NCBI GenBank assembly: GCA_038872535.1 | Contig: JAVZJY010000001.1 | Coordinates: forward strand, 6,108 to 70,107 | Source of the DNA: Candidatus Bathyarchaeia archaeon | Lineage (GTDB): Archaea > Thermoproteota > Bathyarchaeia > Bathyarchaeales > Bathycorpusculaceae | Reading direction: 5' to 3' | DNA: 64,000 nucleotides | In this document: piece after piece, positions 9,294 to 17,354 of the stretch | How positions within the stretch are numbered: position 1 is the first letter of the stretch | Layout of the letters: every line of letters starts with the position of its first letter | Notes under the pieces: model-generated | Told to the model about the DNA's origin: nothing | The model's input: the letters and a program-made list of their open reading frames with translations, nothing else | Database searches by the model: none | Translations under genes and position numbers: made by a program

Positions 9294-10667
9294 ATGGCTG
9301 AAATAAAGGAGGTTGCCTCCAAAATCAGCCGTTTTGAACGTGTAGGAGCCCACACTCACATTAAAGGTTTGGGCTTAGATAAAAATCTGAAAGCAATAAA
9401 GGTTAAAGATGGCATGGTAGGCCAAGAGAAAGCCAGAGAAGCAGCTGGCTTGGTTGTTGAGATGATAAAGGAAGGTAAACTAAGCGGAAAAACCGTAATT
9501 TTGGCTGGTCCACCAGGAACAGGCAAGACAGCCATCGCCGTTGCCATATCCCGAGAGTTGGGTCCGAATGTTCCCTTCATACAAATGAGTGGCAGCGAAA
9601 TTTACAGCAGTGAACGCAAGAAAACAGAGGTTCTAATTGAAGCCATAAGAAAGTGTATCGGCGTTGAGATACATGAGATGCGCAAAGTATACGAGGGTGA
9701 AGTTGCGGGCATCGACATACGGACAACTTCTCATCCATACAATCCGTACCAAAAGGTTCCGGAAAGCGTTCGAATAACGTTAAAAACTACAAAACAAGAA
9801 AAAACCATTGAAGCAGGAGCCTCAATTGCCCAACAAATAATTCAGCAAGGAATAACCGAGGGACATGTCATTCAGATAGACGCAGAAACAGGAAGAGTGG
9901 CAAGCCTTGGTTTAAGCCTAGAAAGCGCAAAAGGCAAAACCTATGATGTGGACACAAGCCAAAAAATTCCCAGACCAACAGGCGACGTTTTAAAAGAGAA
10001 AGAGTTTGTTTACTCGCTTACCTTGGCCGATTTAGACGAGCTTAACGCAAAACAACGATCAGGAGGATTTTTCTCCCTATTCTTTGGAGGTTCAGAATCA
10101 AAAGAGATAGACACAGAAGTGCGAATGGCTGTAGACCAACAAGTAAAGGAATGGGTGGACTCTGGAAAAGCCTTCATACACCCAGGCGTCCTATTCATCG
10201 ACGACAGCCATCTATTAGATTTAGAAGCCTTCAGCTTTCTCGGAAGAGCCCTAGAAAGTGAACTTGTTCCAATAATTATCTTGGCAACAAACCGGGGCAT
10301 AACAACAATCCGCGGCACAGACGTGAAAAGTCCCATGGGCTTCCCACTTGACCTTTTAGACCGCTCCGTAATAATCGCCACTCACGAGTATGATGCAGAA
10401 AGCATAAGAGAAATCCTCAGCATTAGGGCGAGAGAAGAAAAGGTTACCATAGAAAATGACGCATTAGAAAGACTGACAAATATTGGAGCAAAATCCTCGT
10501 TGAGATATGCTGTGCAACTCCTAAGCCTAGCAGCCCAAAACGCTGCAGCCATGAAACGCAAAAGCGTCACCATCGAGGATGTGGAGAGGGTTGATGCACT
10601 ATTCATGGATATAGGCGAAGCCAGCGAACACTTGAGGAAATATGAAGAGAAGCTAATGTATCATTAA
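9294..10667 (+). CDS. RuvB-like AAA+ ATPase (TIP49/Pontin-Reptin family)
   Basis: 457-aa ORF. It has RVGAHTHIKGLGLD at the N-terminus, Walker A GPPGTGKTA, an inserted domain II, and Walker B LFIDDSH. Confidence 0.9.
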   Translation: MAEIKEVASKISRFERVGAHTHIKGLGLDKNLKAIKVKDGMVGQEKAREAAGLVVEMIKEGKLSGKTVILAGPPGTGKTAIAVAISRELGPNVPFIQMSGSEIYSSERKKTEVLIEAIRKCIGVEIHEMRKVYEGEVAGIDIRTTSHPYNPYQKVPESVRITLKTTKQEKTIEAGASIAQQIIQQGITEGHVIQIDAETGRVASLGLSLESAKGKTYDVDTSQKIPRPTGDVLKEKEFVYSLTLADLDELNAKQRSGGFFSLFFGGSESKEIDTEVRMAVDQQVKEWVDSGKAFIHPGVLFIDDSHLLDLEAFSFLGRALESELVPIIILATNRGITTIRGTDVKSPMGFPLDLLDRSVIIATHEYDAESIREILSIRAREEKVTIENDALERLTNIGAKSSLRYAVQLLSLAAQNAAAMKRKSVTIEDVERVDALFMDIGEASEHLRKYEEKLMYH

Positions 10668-10746
10668 CAGCAGTTTCTTTGGCCATAACTTTAACACCAA
10701 TTTTAAATAGAAGTTCAAAAAACGTTCAGTACGGAGCATTGACTAT

Positions 10747-11541
10747 TTGAAAGATTTAAACCCTTTTGACATTGGTCGAATAACTGTTACTGATGGAAGA
10801 AAGATTTACGGTTTCACCATCGAGACAAGCTATGGAAAAGGTGTCTTGCGACAACTTGGCAAGTTAGCGGAAAAATACGGGGTCATAGTGCGTTTCATTC
10901 AAATTTCAATGCCAAAACCATCAGATGAAACCGCTAAAGCAATAGTCTTCATAGACTTTTCACAGTCAGAACTCCGGCCAGAAGAGGCGGAAAAAATTCT
11001 TAAAAATCAAAAGTTTGTTAAATCAGTCGAGCTTCTAAAACCAGTGTCTGACAAATTTGTTAGTGATTCACACTATTTTCCATTAACAATAATGGATGAA
11101 AGGGCTCTAATTTTTAGAAAAGAAATTTACGAAGGAATTTTTAAAGGCGTAAGAAGCCAGTTTGGAACGGCAGGCGAAGCCTTTCTTTATTACATAGGAT
11201 TTGAAATTGGAAAACGCGCCTACCTAAGTTATAGCAAATTGTCTGGAACAGAAGATTTCGAAGCCTTAATCGCCACAGCAAAAGCCGTCAACCTAACGCT
11301 GGGCTGGAGCATCCTTAAAGAAGCAAAAATAAATGAAAAAGCAAAAACCGCAACAATCACCATACAAGAAAATTTTGAATGTGACCTCGCAAGAGGACAT
11401 GGAAAAGCTTACAGCCAATTCTACAGAGGAGCCATAGCAGGCATCTTCACCCAATACTTTAAAACAGAAATGAAAGCTGAAGAAACCAAATGCATAGCAA
11501 AAGGAGACCCATACTGCCAATTTGAAATCAAACAAGCATAG
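10747..11541 (+). CDS. V4R (4-vinyl reductase) domain protein
   Basis: 264-aa ORF with a TTG start. The C-terminal C-x5-GD-x2-CQFEI signature is typical of V4R small-molecule-binding domains. Confidence 0.65.
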   Translation: MKDLNPFDIGRITVTDGRKIYGFTIETSYGKGVLRQLGKLAEKYGVIVRFIQISMPKPSDETAKAIVFIDFSQSELRPEEAEKILKNQKFVKSVELLKPVSDKFVSDSHYFPLTIMDERALIFRKEIYEGIFKGVRSQFGTAGEAFLYYIGFEIGKRAYLSYSKLSGTEDFEALIATAKAVNLTLGWSILKEAKINEKAKTATITIQENFECDLARGHGKAYSQFYRGAIAGIFTQYFKTEMKAEETKCIAKGDPYCQFEIKQA

Positions 11542-11571
11542 CAAATATTTGACTCATACTTTTCTAAACTT

Positions 11572-11650
11572 TGGCGGGCCCGCTGGGATTTGAACCCAGG
11601 ATCTCCGGCTCCGCAGGCCAGCGTCCTAATCCATGCTAGACTACGGGCCC
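11572..11650 (-). tRNA. tRNA-Arg (anticodon GCG), CCA encoded
   Basis: The reverse complement reads GGGCCCGTAGTCTAGCATGGATTAGGACGCTGGCCTGCGGAGCCGGAGATCCTGGGTTCAAATCCCAGCGGGCCCGCCA. It folds as a cloverleaf with anticodon loop CTGCGGA. Confidence 0.9.
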
Positions 11651-11687
11651 ACAGAAACAAATCTGGTTATTGCCAATAAAAGGGTTT

Positions 11688-13301
11688 TTAATTGCTCTTT
11701 AGGGTTCTTTCTAAAGCGTCTATCACGTTTTGTTTTCCCATGGCTAGGATGTACGGGCCCAATCTTGGTCCTTGCGGCACGCCCAAGAGAATTGTGTATA
11801 GAGTTTTGAAGAAGTTGGATGGTTGGATGTTATGTTTTTTTGCTGTATTGAATATGGCATTTTGGATTTTTTCCGCCTCATTTTCAACTTTTAGGGTTTC
11901 AATTAATTCTTTTATTGCTTCTTTCTCTTCAAGCGTTAGGCTGACTGCGGTTTCTTTTATTTCTTCAAAATCTCTTATCCAGTTAAAGGCATATTTGATA
12001 CGTTTTCGAAGGTTTTCATCTAGGGTTTGGTCTTTCCGTAAATAGCCGTAACTTCTTAGTTTTTCAGTTATGAAGTCTTCTTCCTTTTCTTTTGGCGCCA
12101 TTTTAGCCAAGAAAGTTAGAAGGTTATATGGCACTTTGATGCTTGGTTTTGAGGGAGGCTTCAGCACCCAGCAGTATTCGTATAAGCCTCGAAGTTTTGC
12201 GAGTTCCTTTTCATCTTTCAGCTTTTTGACCCCAAAATATACGTCTTCTAAATAATCAAGCTCGTTCATGTATGCTGGTATATCTGTAACGTCTAAGGTG
12301 CGGGTTCCAACAAACCTTTTCAACATCAACAAAAGCAGTGATTGGGGCGAACCATAATGGAACCAAACTTGTGGTGTAAAAACGTTTCCCGTGGATTTTG
12401 AAATTTTTCGTCCGCTTTTGTCAAGGAACATTTCATACATGGCGTGGGATGGGGGTTCATAATTGAGTATTTCACGGCAAATTCTGTCGTTTATTCGAAC
12501 AGAGTCGGCTATGTCTTTGCCGTAAGCCTCAAATCTTATGTCAAGGGCTTTCCATCTTGCAGCAAACTCGCCTTTCCATGAAAGTTTGCCTTCGCCCTTT
12601 TTTACGTTGGCTTCGCCTTTGAAACCGCAGCCTTCAATCCATCTTCCCTTAATTTCCATGCCTTCACAAACATAGAGAATTTTATTTTCTTTTGGCAGAT
12701 ATTCTAAGGCTTTGGTTGTGTAGATGCGTCCGCAGTTTTCGCATATTGGGAAATATGGTAGGACTTCCATGTAACGCTCTTGCCCAACTTCTTCTTTGAC
12801 GATTTCGCCGACTCGTTTGGCGTTCAAAAGCAAAACTTCAACTTCTTTATTCAGCAAACCCTTTTCATAAGTTTCCTTTGCAGAAACATAACGATATTCT
12901 ATAGAACATTTATCCAAAGCCTCAAGCAACAGCGAACTCATATGTTTACCGTAACTTTCATGGCAACCGAAGGGGTCGGGAATGTCGGATACTGGAAAAC
13001 CCAAGTATTTTTCAAGAGATTTTGGCAAGCCAGCCGGAACTTTGCGCAATCCATCTTTGTCGTCACAGAAAGCAATCAATTCTGAATTATAGTTTTGTTC
13101 CCTTAAGGCTAACGTAACAGCATATGAGCGTGCAGCATCGCCTAAGCTTCCAATGTGGGGGAAACCAGAGGCGCCCAAGCCCATTTCGGTTCTTATAAGG
13201 TGTAAGCTTCTGCCTAGCTTTCGCTCTCTTTCAATTATTTTTGCTGCCATTTTATCGTACCATGTGCCTCTGCCAATAATCTTCTTGCTCATCGCTGTCA
13301 T
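11688..13301 (-). CDS. lysK: Class I lysyl-tRNA synthetase
   Basis: 537-aa ORF with SGFPHIGSLGD (HIGH-like) and KISKSTGN (KMSKS). The architecture is that of archaeal class I LysRS. Confidence 0.9.
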   Translation of the reverse strand: MTAMSKKIIGRGTWYDKMAAKIIERERKLGRSLHLIRTEMGLGASGFPHIGSLGDAARSYAVTLALREQNYNSELIAFCDDKDGLRKVPAGLPKSLEKYLGFPVSDIPDPFGCHESYGKHMSSLLLEALDKCSIEYRYVSAKETYEKGLLNKEVEVLLLNAKRVGEIVKEEVGQERYMEVLPYFPICENCGRIYTTKALEYLPKENKILYVCEGMEIKGRWIEGCGFKGEANVKKGEGKLSWKGEFAARWKALDIRFEAYGKDIADSVRINDRICREILNYEPPSHAMYEMFLDKSGRKISKSTGNVFTPQVWFHYGSPQSLLLLMLKRFVGTRTLDVTDIPAYMNELDYLEDVYFGVKKLKDEKELAKLRGLYEYCWVLKPPSKPSIKVPYNLLTFLAKMAPKEKEEDFITEKLRSYGYLRKDQTLDENLRKRIKYAFNWIRDFEEIKETAVSLTLEEKEAIKELIETLKVENEAEKIQNAIFNTAKKHNIQPSNFFKTLYTILLGVPQGPRLGPYILAMGKQNVIDALERTLKSN

Positions 13302-13380
13302 GCTCCTAATAGCATAACTAAAAAGTAAATAAAAAGGTTACAGAAATAGTTAGCAGAACCATAAAAATGTGAGGGAATGG

Positions 13381-14415
13381 TTACTCGAGTTTTGTTCCAC
13401 AGTTAGGACAGAACTTAACTCCAGTTTGAACTTCTGCGTTACACTTTGGACATTTGGTTGTAGCTTGTAACGGTGTTCCACAGTTACTACAGAACTTGGT
13501 TCCAGCAGGGTTTGATGTGCCACATTTAGGACATGTGATGCCTCCTGCTTGTAACGGTGCACCGCAGTTGCTGCAGAACTTTGCTGTTTGCGGATTTTGG
13601 AAATTGCATTTTGGACATAACACCATAGGCACTGCTGGCGCTGGTGCCGCTGCTGGTTGAAGCACTTGCGGGAGGATTACTGCTCCGGCTCCTACTGCTG
13701 CTCCTGGGCTTTTTGATAGGCTTTCGGCTGATTTTTGGACTGTTTCCATTCTGAGGACTTCTGTTGCGCCGACTCCAGTTTTTATGTAGAATAGTCTGTC
13801 TCTCCACTCTGGGGTTGTGTCGATTCCCTCAAACTTCACATCAATCAGTTCAAGACCTATCCGCGAAAAGGCATCAAAGAGCACATTTTTTGCGAGAAGG
13901 CTTGTTTCGTCAAGTTTGCCATAAACGTCCGCCAGCGAATACTGGCTTAAGGTGTCGATGAGCCTCTCGTTGAAGTATCCTCTTAGAAAGTTTTGCAGCC
14001 CATCCGTTGTGAAGGCTCCTTGTCCGCCAACAACCTCGTTGACGAAGAGGTTTGGTTCTTCAACTCTGAACCAGAAACCACCAAAGAACTTTAATGGTGC
14101 AAGCTCTTTAGTTTGTCCTTGTGCTCCAAACTTTCCTTGGAACTGTTTTAAAGAGACAAAGACAATTGTGGCTCTAAAAGGAACCTTGTCAAAGCCGGCA
14201 ATTTTTGAAATTATCTTTGTCAGTAATGGCAGGTTTAACGTTGACAAGACATGGCGTCCGGCTCTGAAAACATCGTAGGCTTTTCCGTCCCTGAAGAAAA
14301 CTGCAGCTTCGTATTCGTGAACTATTAGGTTGTCTCCCCAAGCAATTTCTTCCACTGGATATTTCCAAACTATGTCTCCTTCTCTCGCCCCAACCCACTC
14401 AATAACTTTTGGCAC
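13381..14415 (-). CDS. SPFH/band-7 superfamily protein of the YdjI type with three C-terminal zinc ribbons
   Basis: 344 aa. The GTG start is preceded by GGAGGTGA. The N-terminal region (IEWVGAREGDIVWKYP...AVFFRDGK) resembles the YdjI / virion-core-like SPFH family. An Ala/Pro-rich linker is followed by three CPKC-x12-13-C-x-NCG modules. Confidence 0.8.
   Translation of the reverse strand: MPKVIEWVGAREGDIVWKYPVEEIAWGDNLIVHEYEAAVFFRDGKAYDVFRAGRHVLSTLNLPLLTKIISKIAGFDKVPFRATIVFVSLKQFQGKFGAQGQTKELAPLKFFGGFWFRVEEPNLFVNEVVGGQGAFTTDGLQNFLRGYFNERLIDTLSQYSLADVYGKLDETSLLAKNVLFDAFSRIGLELIDVKFEGIDTTPEWRDRLFYIKTGVGATEVLRMETVQKSAESLSKSPGAAVGAGAVILPQVLQPAAAPAPAVPMVLCPKCNFQNPQTAKFCSNCGAPLQAGGITCPKCGTSNPAGTKFCSNCGTPLQATTKCPKCNAEVQTGVKFCPNCGTKLE
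13384..13617 (-). repeat. Tandem in-frame zinc-ribbon modules (three copies; two share an 84-bp DNA period)
   Basis: The plus-strand segment gcttgtaacggtg...cagaactt occurs at 13463 and 13547, with 30 of the first 36 nt identical. The segments encode consecutive CPKC...CSNCG ribbons. Confidence 0.7.
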
Positions 14416-14432
14416 TCCAATTTCACCTCCTT

Positions 14433-15665
14433 TTAAATTACTCCTTTAGGAATCCAAGGTCTTTGTCCAGCAATAACGCTTCCATTACATGCATCAACTA
14501 TCACGGAAAATGATTTGCCGCCCATACGATATTCTATAAACCACCAAGGCGCATATACCAGTTCAGGCTCTTCCATAGGATAGGCTCCAACACTAAAACG
14601 CGAAACAAAAGTGTATCTAGACCTTAACTCTTGAAGGGCTAATCCTTTTGCTTTTTCCTTAGCTTCTTGAGCGCTTATCTCAACATTAAGCGTCTCTTCT
14701 CCTGTTTTCTTGAAGGGTTCCTTCTTATCTAAGGGGATTTTGTAGGTGCCAACATCTGGCTGATATTGGGCTGCTTTACGTGCCACAACAAAGGCATCCA
14801 TTGTCTCGCTTACGGAAACTCTCTCAGTTCTGTCTGTTAAAGCCTTCCCAGCTCCTTTTCCAGCACCGCCAAAAATGCTCCCGAGGGCTCCTCCTAAAGC
14901 TTGCATTGCAACTTCCTGAGCAAGTTGTCCCTTTGTATCCTTCGCTTTCACCAAGGCTTTTTTGCCTTCAAGGTCCCCTTCAAGTTGAACGGTTACAGCC
15001 CAATTCGGAACATAACGAAGGAGAATGGCACCCCATTCGGCACGTTCAGCCATTCCACGAGTTACGAGAATTCCTTTTGCCACATGATTCTTTGCTATTT
15101 CAAGCGTCTGAGAACCAGTAAGCAGTATTGGCAGCATGCTGCATCTTGGAGGCTGTTCACCAGTCGTATTATTAACGTATCCGCAGTAGTTGCAAACTAC
15201 AAGAAATTCCTCTGGATTATACGTAAGTGGAGCACCACAGTGCATGCAAGCTTCAAGTTTAGGTTTCGGTGTTGGCGGCGGTTGCGGTTGAGTTGGAGTG
15301 GGTGCAACAGTTGGCGGTGTCGGTGAAATTCCGCCTAAACTTTTAGCCATTTCCATGGCTTTTTGTTTATCTTGCTCCTTCCACCCAATTAAAGCGCTTG
15401 GATTGGCACATGAGTTTGCCAAAGCTTGTTCCACAACATCCATTAGACATGCTGGTCCGTCAACTTCGACATATACATCCTCTGGTATGCCTCTAACTTT
15501 AATCGTTGCCTTTTCAAAAAACCCCTTTTTTAGCTCAAGCATGAAGCTTCTTTCGCCTGGAATAATTTTCTTGGTGCTCCACCCGATTTGTTTGAGGTAT
15601 TCTGGCAAAACTTGTTGGAAGTTTGCCATTTTTGCTCCGATTTGTCGATAGCGGGCTGAGGTCAT
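14433..15665 (-). CDS. Zinc-ribbon protein B (paralogue of 16595..17347) with extra N-terminal domain and Pro-rich linker
   Basis: 410 aa. The ATG at 15665 overlaps the upstream stop (ATGA). An alternative ATG at 15629 has a GGAG SD. The CMHCGAPL...CNYCGY ribbon and the C-terminal APWWFIEY..GKSFSVIVDACNGSVI segment match the paralogue. Confidence 0.75.
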   Translation of the reverse strand: MTSARYRQIGAKMANFQQVLPEYLKQIGWSTKKIIPGERSFMLELKKGFFEKATIKVRGIPEDVYVEVDGPACLMDVVEQALANSCANPSALIGWKEQDKQKAMEMAKSLGGISPTPPTVAPTPTQPQPPPTPKPKLEACMHCGAPLTYNPEEFLVVCNYCGYVNNTTGEQPPRCSMLPILLTGSQTLEIAKNHVAKGILVTRGMAERAEWGAILLRYVPNWAVTVQLEGDLEGKKALVKAKDTKGQLAQEVAMQALGGALGSIFGGAGKGAGKALTDRTERVSVSETMDAFVVARKAAQYQPDVGTYKIPLDKKEPFKKTGEETLNVEISAQEAKEKAKGLALQELRSRYTFVSRFSVGAYPMEEPELVYAPWWFIEYRMGGKSFSVIVDACNGSVIAGQRPWIPKGVI

Positions 15666-16198
15666 CCTCCCAATCCTCTAAGAACTTCTGACCTCTTGTC
15701 CACGAGTCCGTCTAGTTCCTCAACCTTTGATATTAACTCGTCCATTGCCGTTCTCCACTCGTCTTTTCCCGGTTCCAGTGCGTTTACTTTTTCAACATCG
15801 GCTTTTATTGCTTCGGCTTTTTCTATCAAACTTACGTCATATTCCAATACTGTGTCAAGTTTGTCTTCTTTAACTTTGATGGCGTCAAACATTCCAGCAT
15901 ATCCAGCCACCGCCCGGTCTATACGCTGGGTAACCCTATCAATTCGGGATGTAAGCGTGTCAAATCTAAAAGTGTCTTCATTTGAAAGCTTCTGGATAAG
16001 CAGTGGATTTGCAAATTTTCTTCTGAAAGCGGTTTTCGCAGCCTTAAGTCTATTCACAACTTCCATCCTAACAAGACGGTCACTTTCTCTTCTCAGTTCC
16101 TTCTCTTTGTAGCCTCTATATCCTGGAATGTAGCCCATAATTTTCTCAAGAAGACCCCGTTCTTTTTGCACTTTTCCCAAATAATCTTTTCCACTCAC
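15662..16198 (-). CDS. Alpha-helical protein with basic N-terminal half and acidic C-terminal half (candidate PspA/ESCRT-III-like)
   Basis: 178 aa. The GTG start overlaps the upstream stop (GTGA) and is preceded by GGAGGAG. The sequence has long heptad-like helices and no TM or Cys motifs. The function call is inference only. Confidence 0.7.
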   Translation of the reverse strand: MSGKDYLGKVQKERGLLEKIMGYIPGYRGYKEKELRRESDRLVRMEVVNRLKAAKTAFRRKFANPLLIQKLSNEDTFRFDTLTSRIDRVTQRIDRAVAGYAGMFDAIKVKEDKLDTVLEYDVSLIEKAEAIKADVEKVNALEPGKDEWRTAMDELISKVEELDGLVDKRSEVLRGLGG

Positions 16199-16536
16199 TT
16201 TTTACTCCTCCAATATGCAACTATACCTATAACAGCAACGACAATTAAAAGTATGCCTAAAACAACGAAGGCGTTTACCACATTATAGAAGGCTGAAGTT
16301 GCTGCAACAGCAAACATTATGACGCCCCAAACCAGATAATAAGTGGCTTCCTTATCGGCTATGAAAGAAAAGAGAATAGTATAAACTCCAAGGGGACCAA
16401 GCAGCCAAGCGGGAATATTGAAAATATCAAGAGGAATCATGTTCATACCGTAAACCACCACCGCTAACCCTATCGATATGACAAGAATAACGAGAGCACC
16501 AACATTATAATCGAATATTTTACGTTCAGCTTTCAT
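16195..16536 (-). CDS. Small integral membrane protein (about four TM helices)
   Basis: The ORF track gives 16195..16548 (TTG start). ATG 16536 (MKAERK) has an upstream GGGGA. The rest of the protein is hydrophobic throughout. Confidence 0.7.
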   Translation of the reverse strand: MKAERKIFDYNVGALVILVISIGLAVVVYGMNMIPLDIFNIPAWLLGPLGVYTILFSFIADKEATYYLVWGVIMFAVAATSAFYNVVNAFVVLGILLIVVAVIGIVAYWRSKK

Positions 16537-16594
16537 CTTATTCCCCAAGGCATATTTGACTTATTATTTTGTAATTGCATCTTTTAAAGTTTCG

Positions 16595-17347
16595 TTACAA
16601 TATTCCAAAGCCAGCTGGTGGTATGTCGCCTTTTACAACTGTTCCTGTTGCCCCATCTATTATTAGCTGGTAAGTTTTGCCCTTATACTCATATTTTATA
16701 AACCATATGGGAGCGTGAAGGTAAACTGTTTGGTTAACTTTTATTTCGTTTTCAATTTCAATTATCTTATCCACATCTTGCTGAGCCAAGTACTTATGAT
16801 GCTCCTCAATTTCTTGTTTCGCCCGCTCCAAAGCCTCATCCTTATCAATTTCACTGTTCAATGTTCTAGCATAACCCTCAATCTTCCTAAAATCATAAGG
16901 GATTTTACCCTCTAAAGGCACATCATATTCTCTTGTTGGAAAGTCTGTTGCTTTCCTTGCCAAAATCAACCAATTATATTCCTTTTTGATTTGACCATCT
17001 TTGATGATGGCTGGTGTTATGCGTTCAAAAATTCCTTTATATTTTGTTTCCGCTTCTGCTGTTATAATCCAAAATGGTATGTAGATTAAGGATTTTTCTA
17101 TTATTTTCGATTTTCGAGCAAGGTCTGGAGGCTTTAGAAAACCCGAGGTCATCCAGCTTTTTGCAACTTCTTCAATTTGCGTTGAGTCATATTTGTTCAG
17201 CAGCATTGAGTGTTCAAAAGTGAAGGCTTTTCCAGTTTCTATAACAACAGTGTAACCACAATATTTGCATGTCGCAATTATTTCGCCAGGCTCAAAAGAT
17301 ATTGGAGCACCACAATTTGAACACCTAATTTCTTGAACTATTGCCAT
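16595..17347 (-). CDS. Zinc-ribbon protein A (paralogue of 14433..15665)
   Basis: 250 aa with an N-terminal CSNCGAPI...CKYCGY ribbon and a C-terminal APIWFIKYEYKGKTYQLIIDGATGTVV segment. Confidence 0.75.
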   Translation of the reverse strand: MAIVQEIRCSNCGAPISFEPGEIIATCKYCGYTVVIETGKAFTFEHSMLLNKYDSTQIEEVAKSWMTSGFLKPPDLARKSKIIEKSLIYIPFWIITAEAETKYKGIFERITPAIIKDGQIKKEYNWLILARKATDFPTREYDVPLEGKIPYDFRKIEGYARTLNSEIDKDEALERAKQEIEEHHKYLAQQDVDKIIEIENEIKVNQTVYLHAPIWFIKYEYKGKTYQLIIDGATGTVVKGDIPPAGFGIL

Positions 17348-17354
17348 CTCTGCT

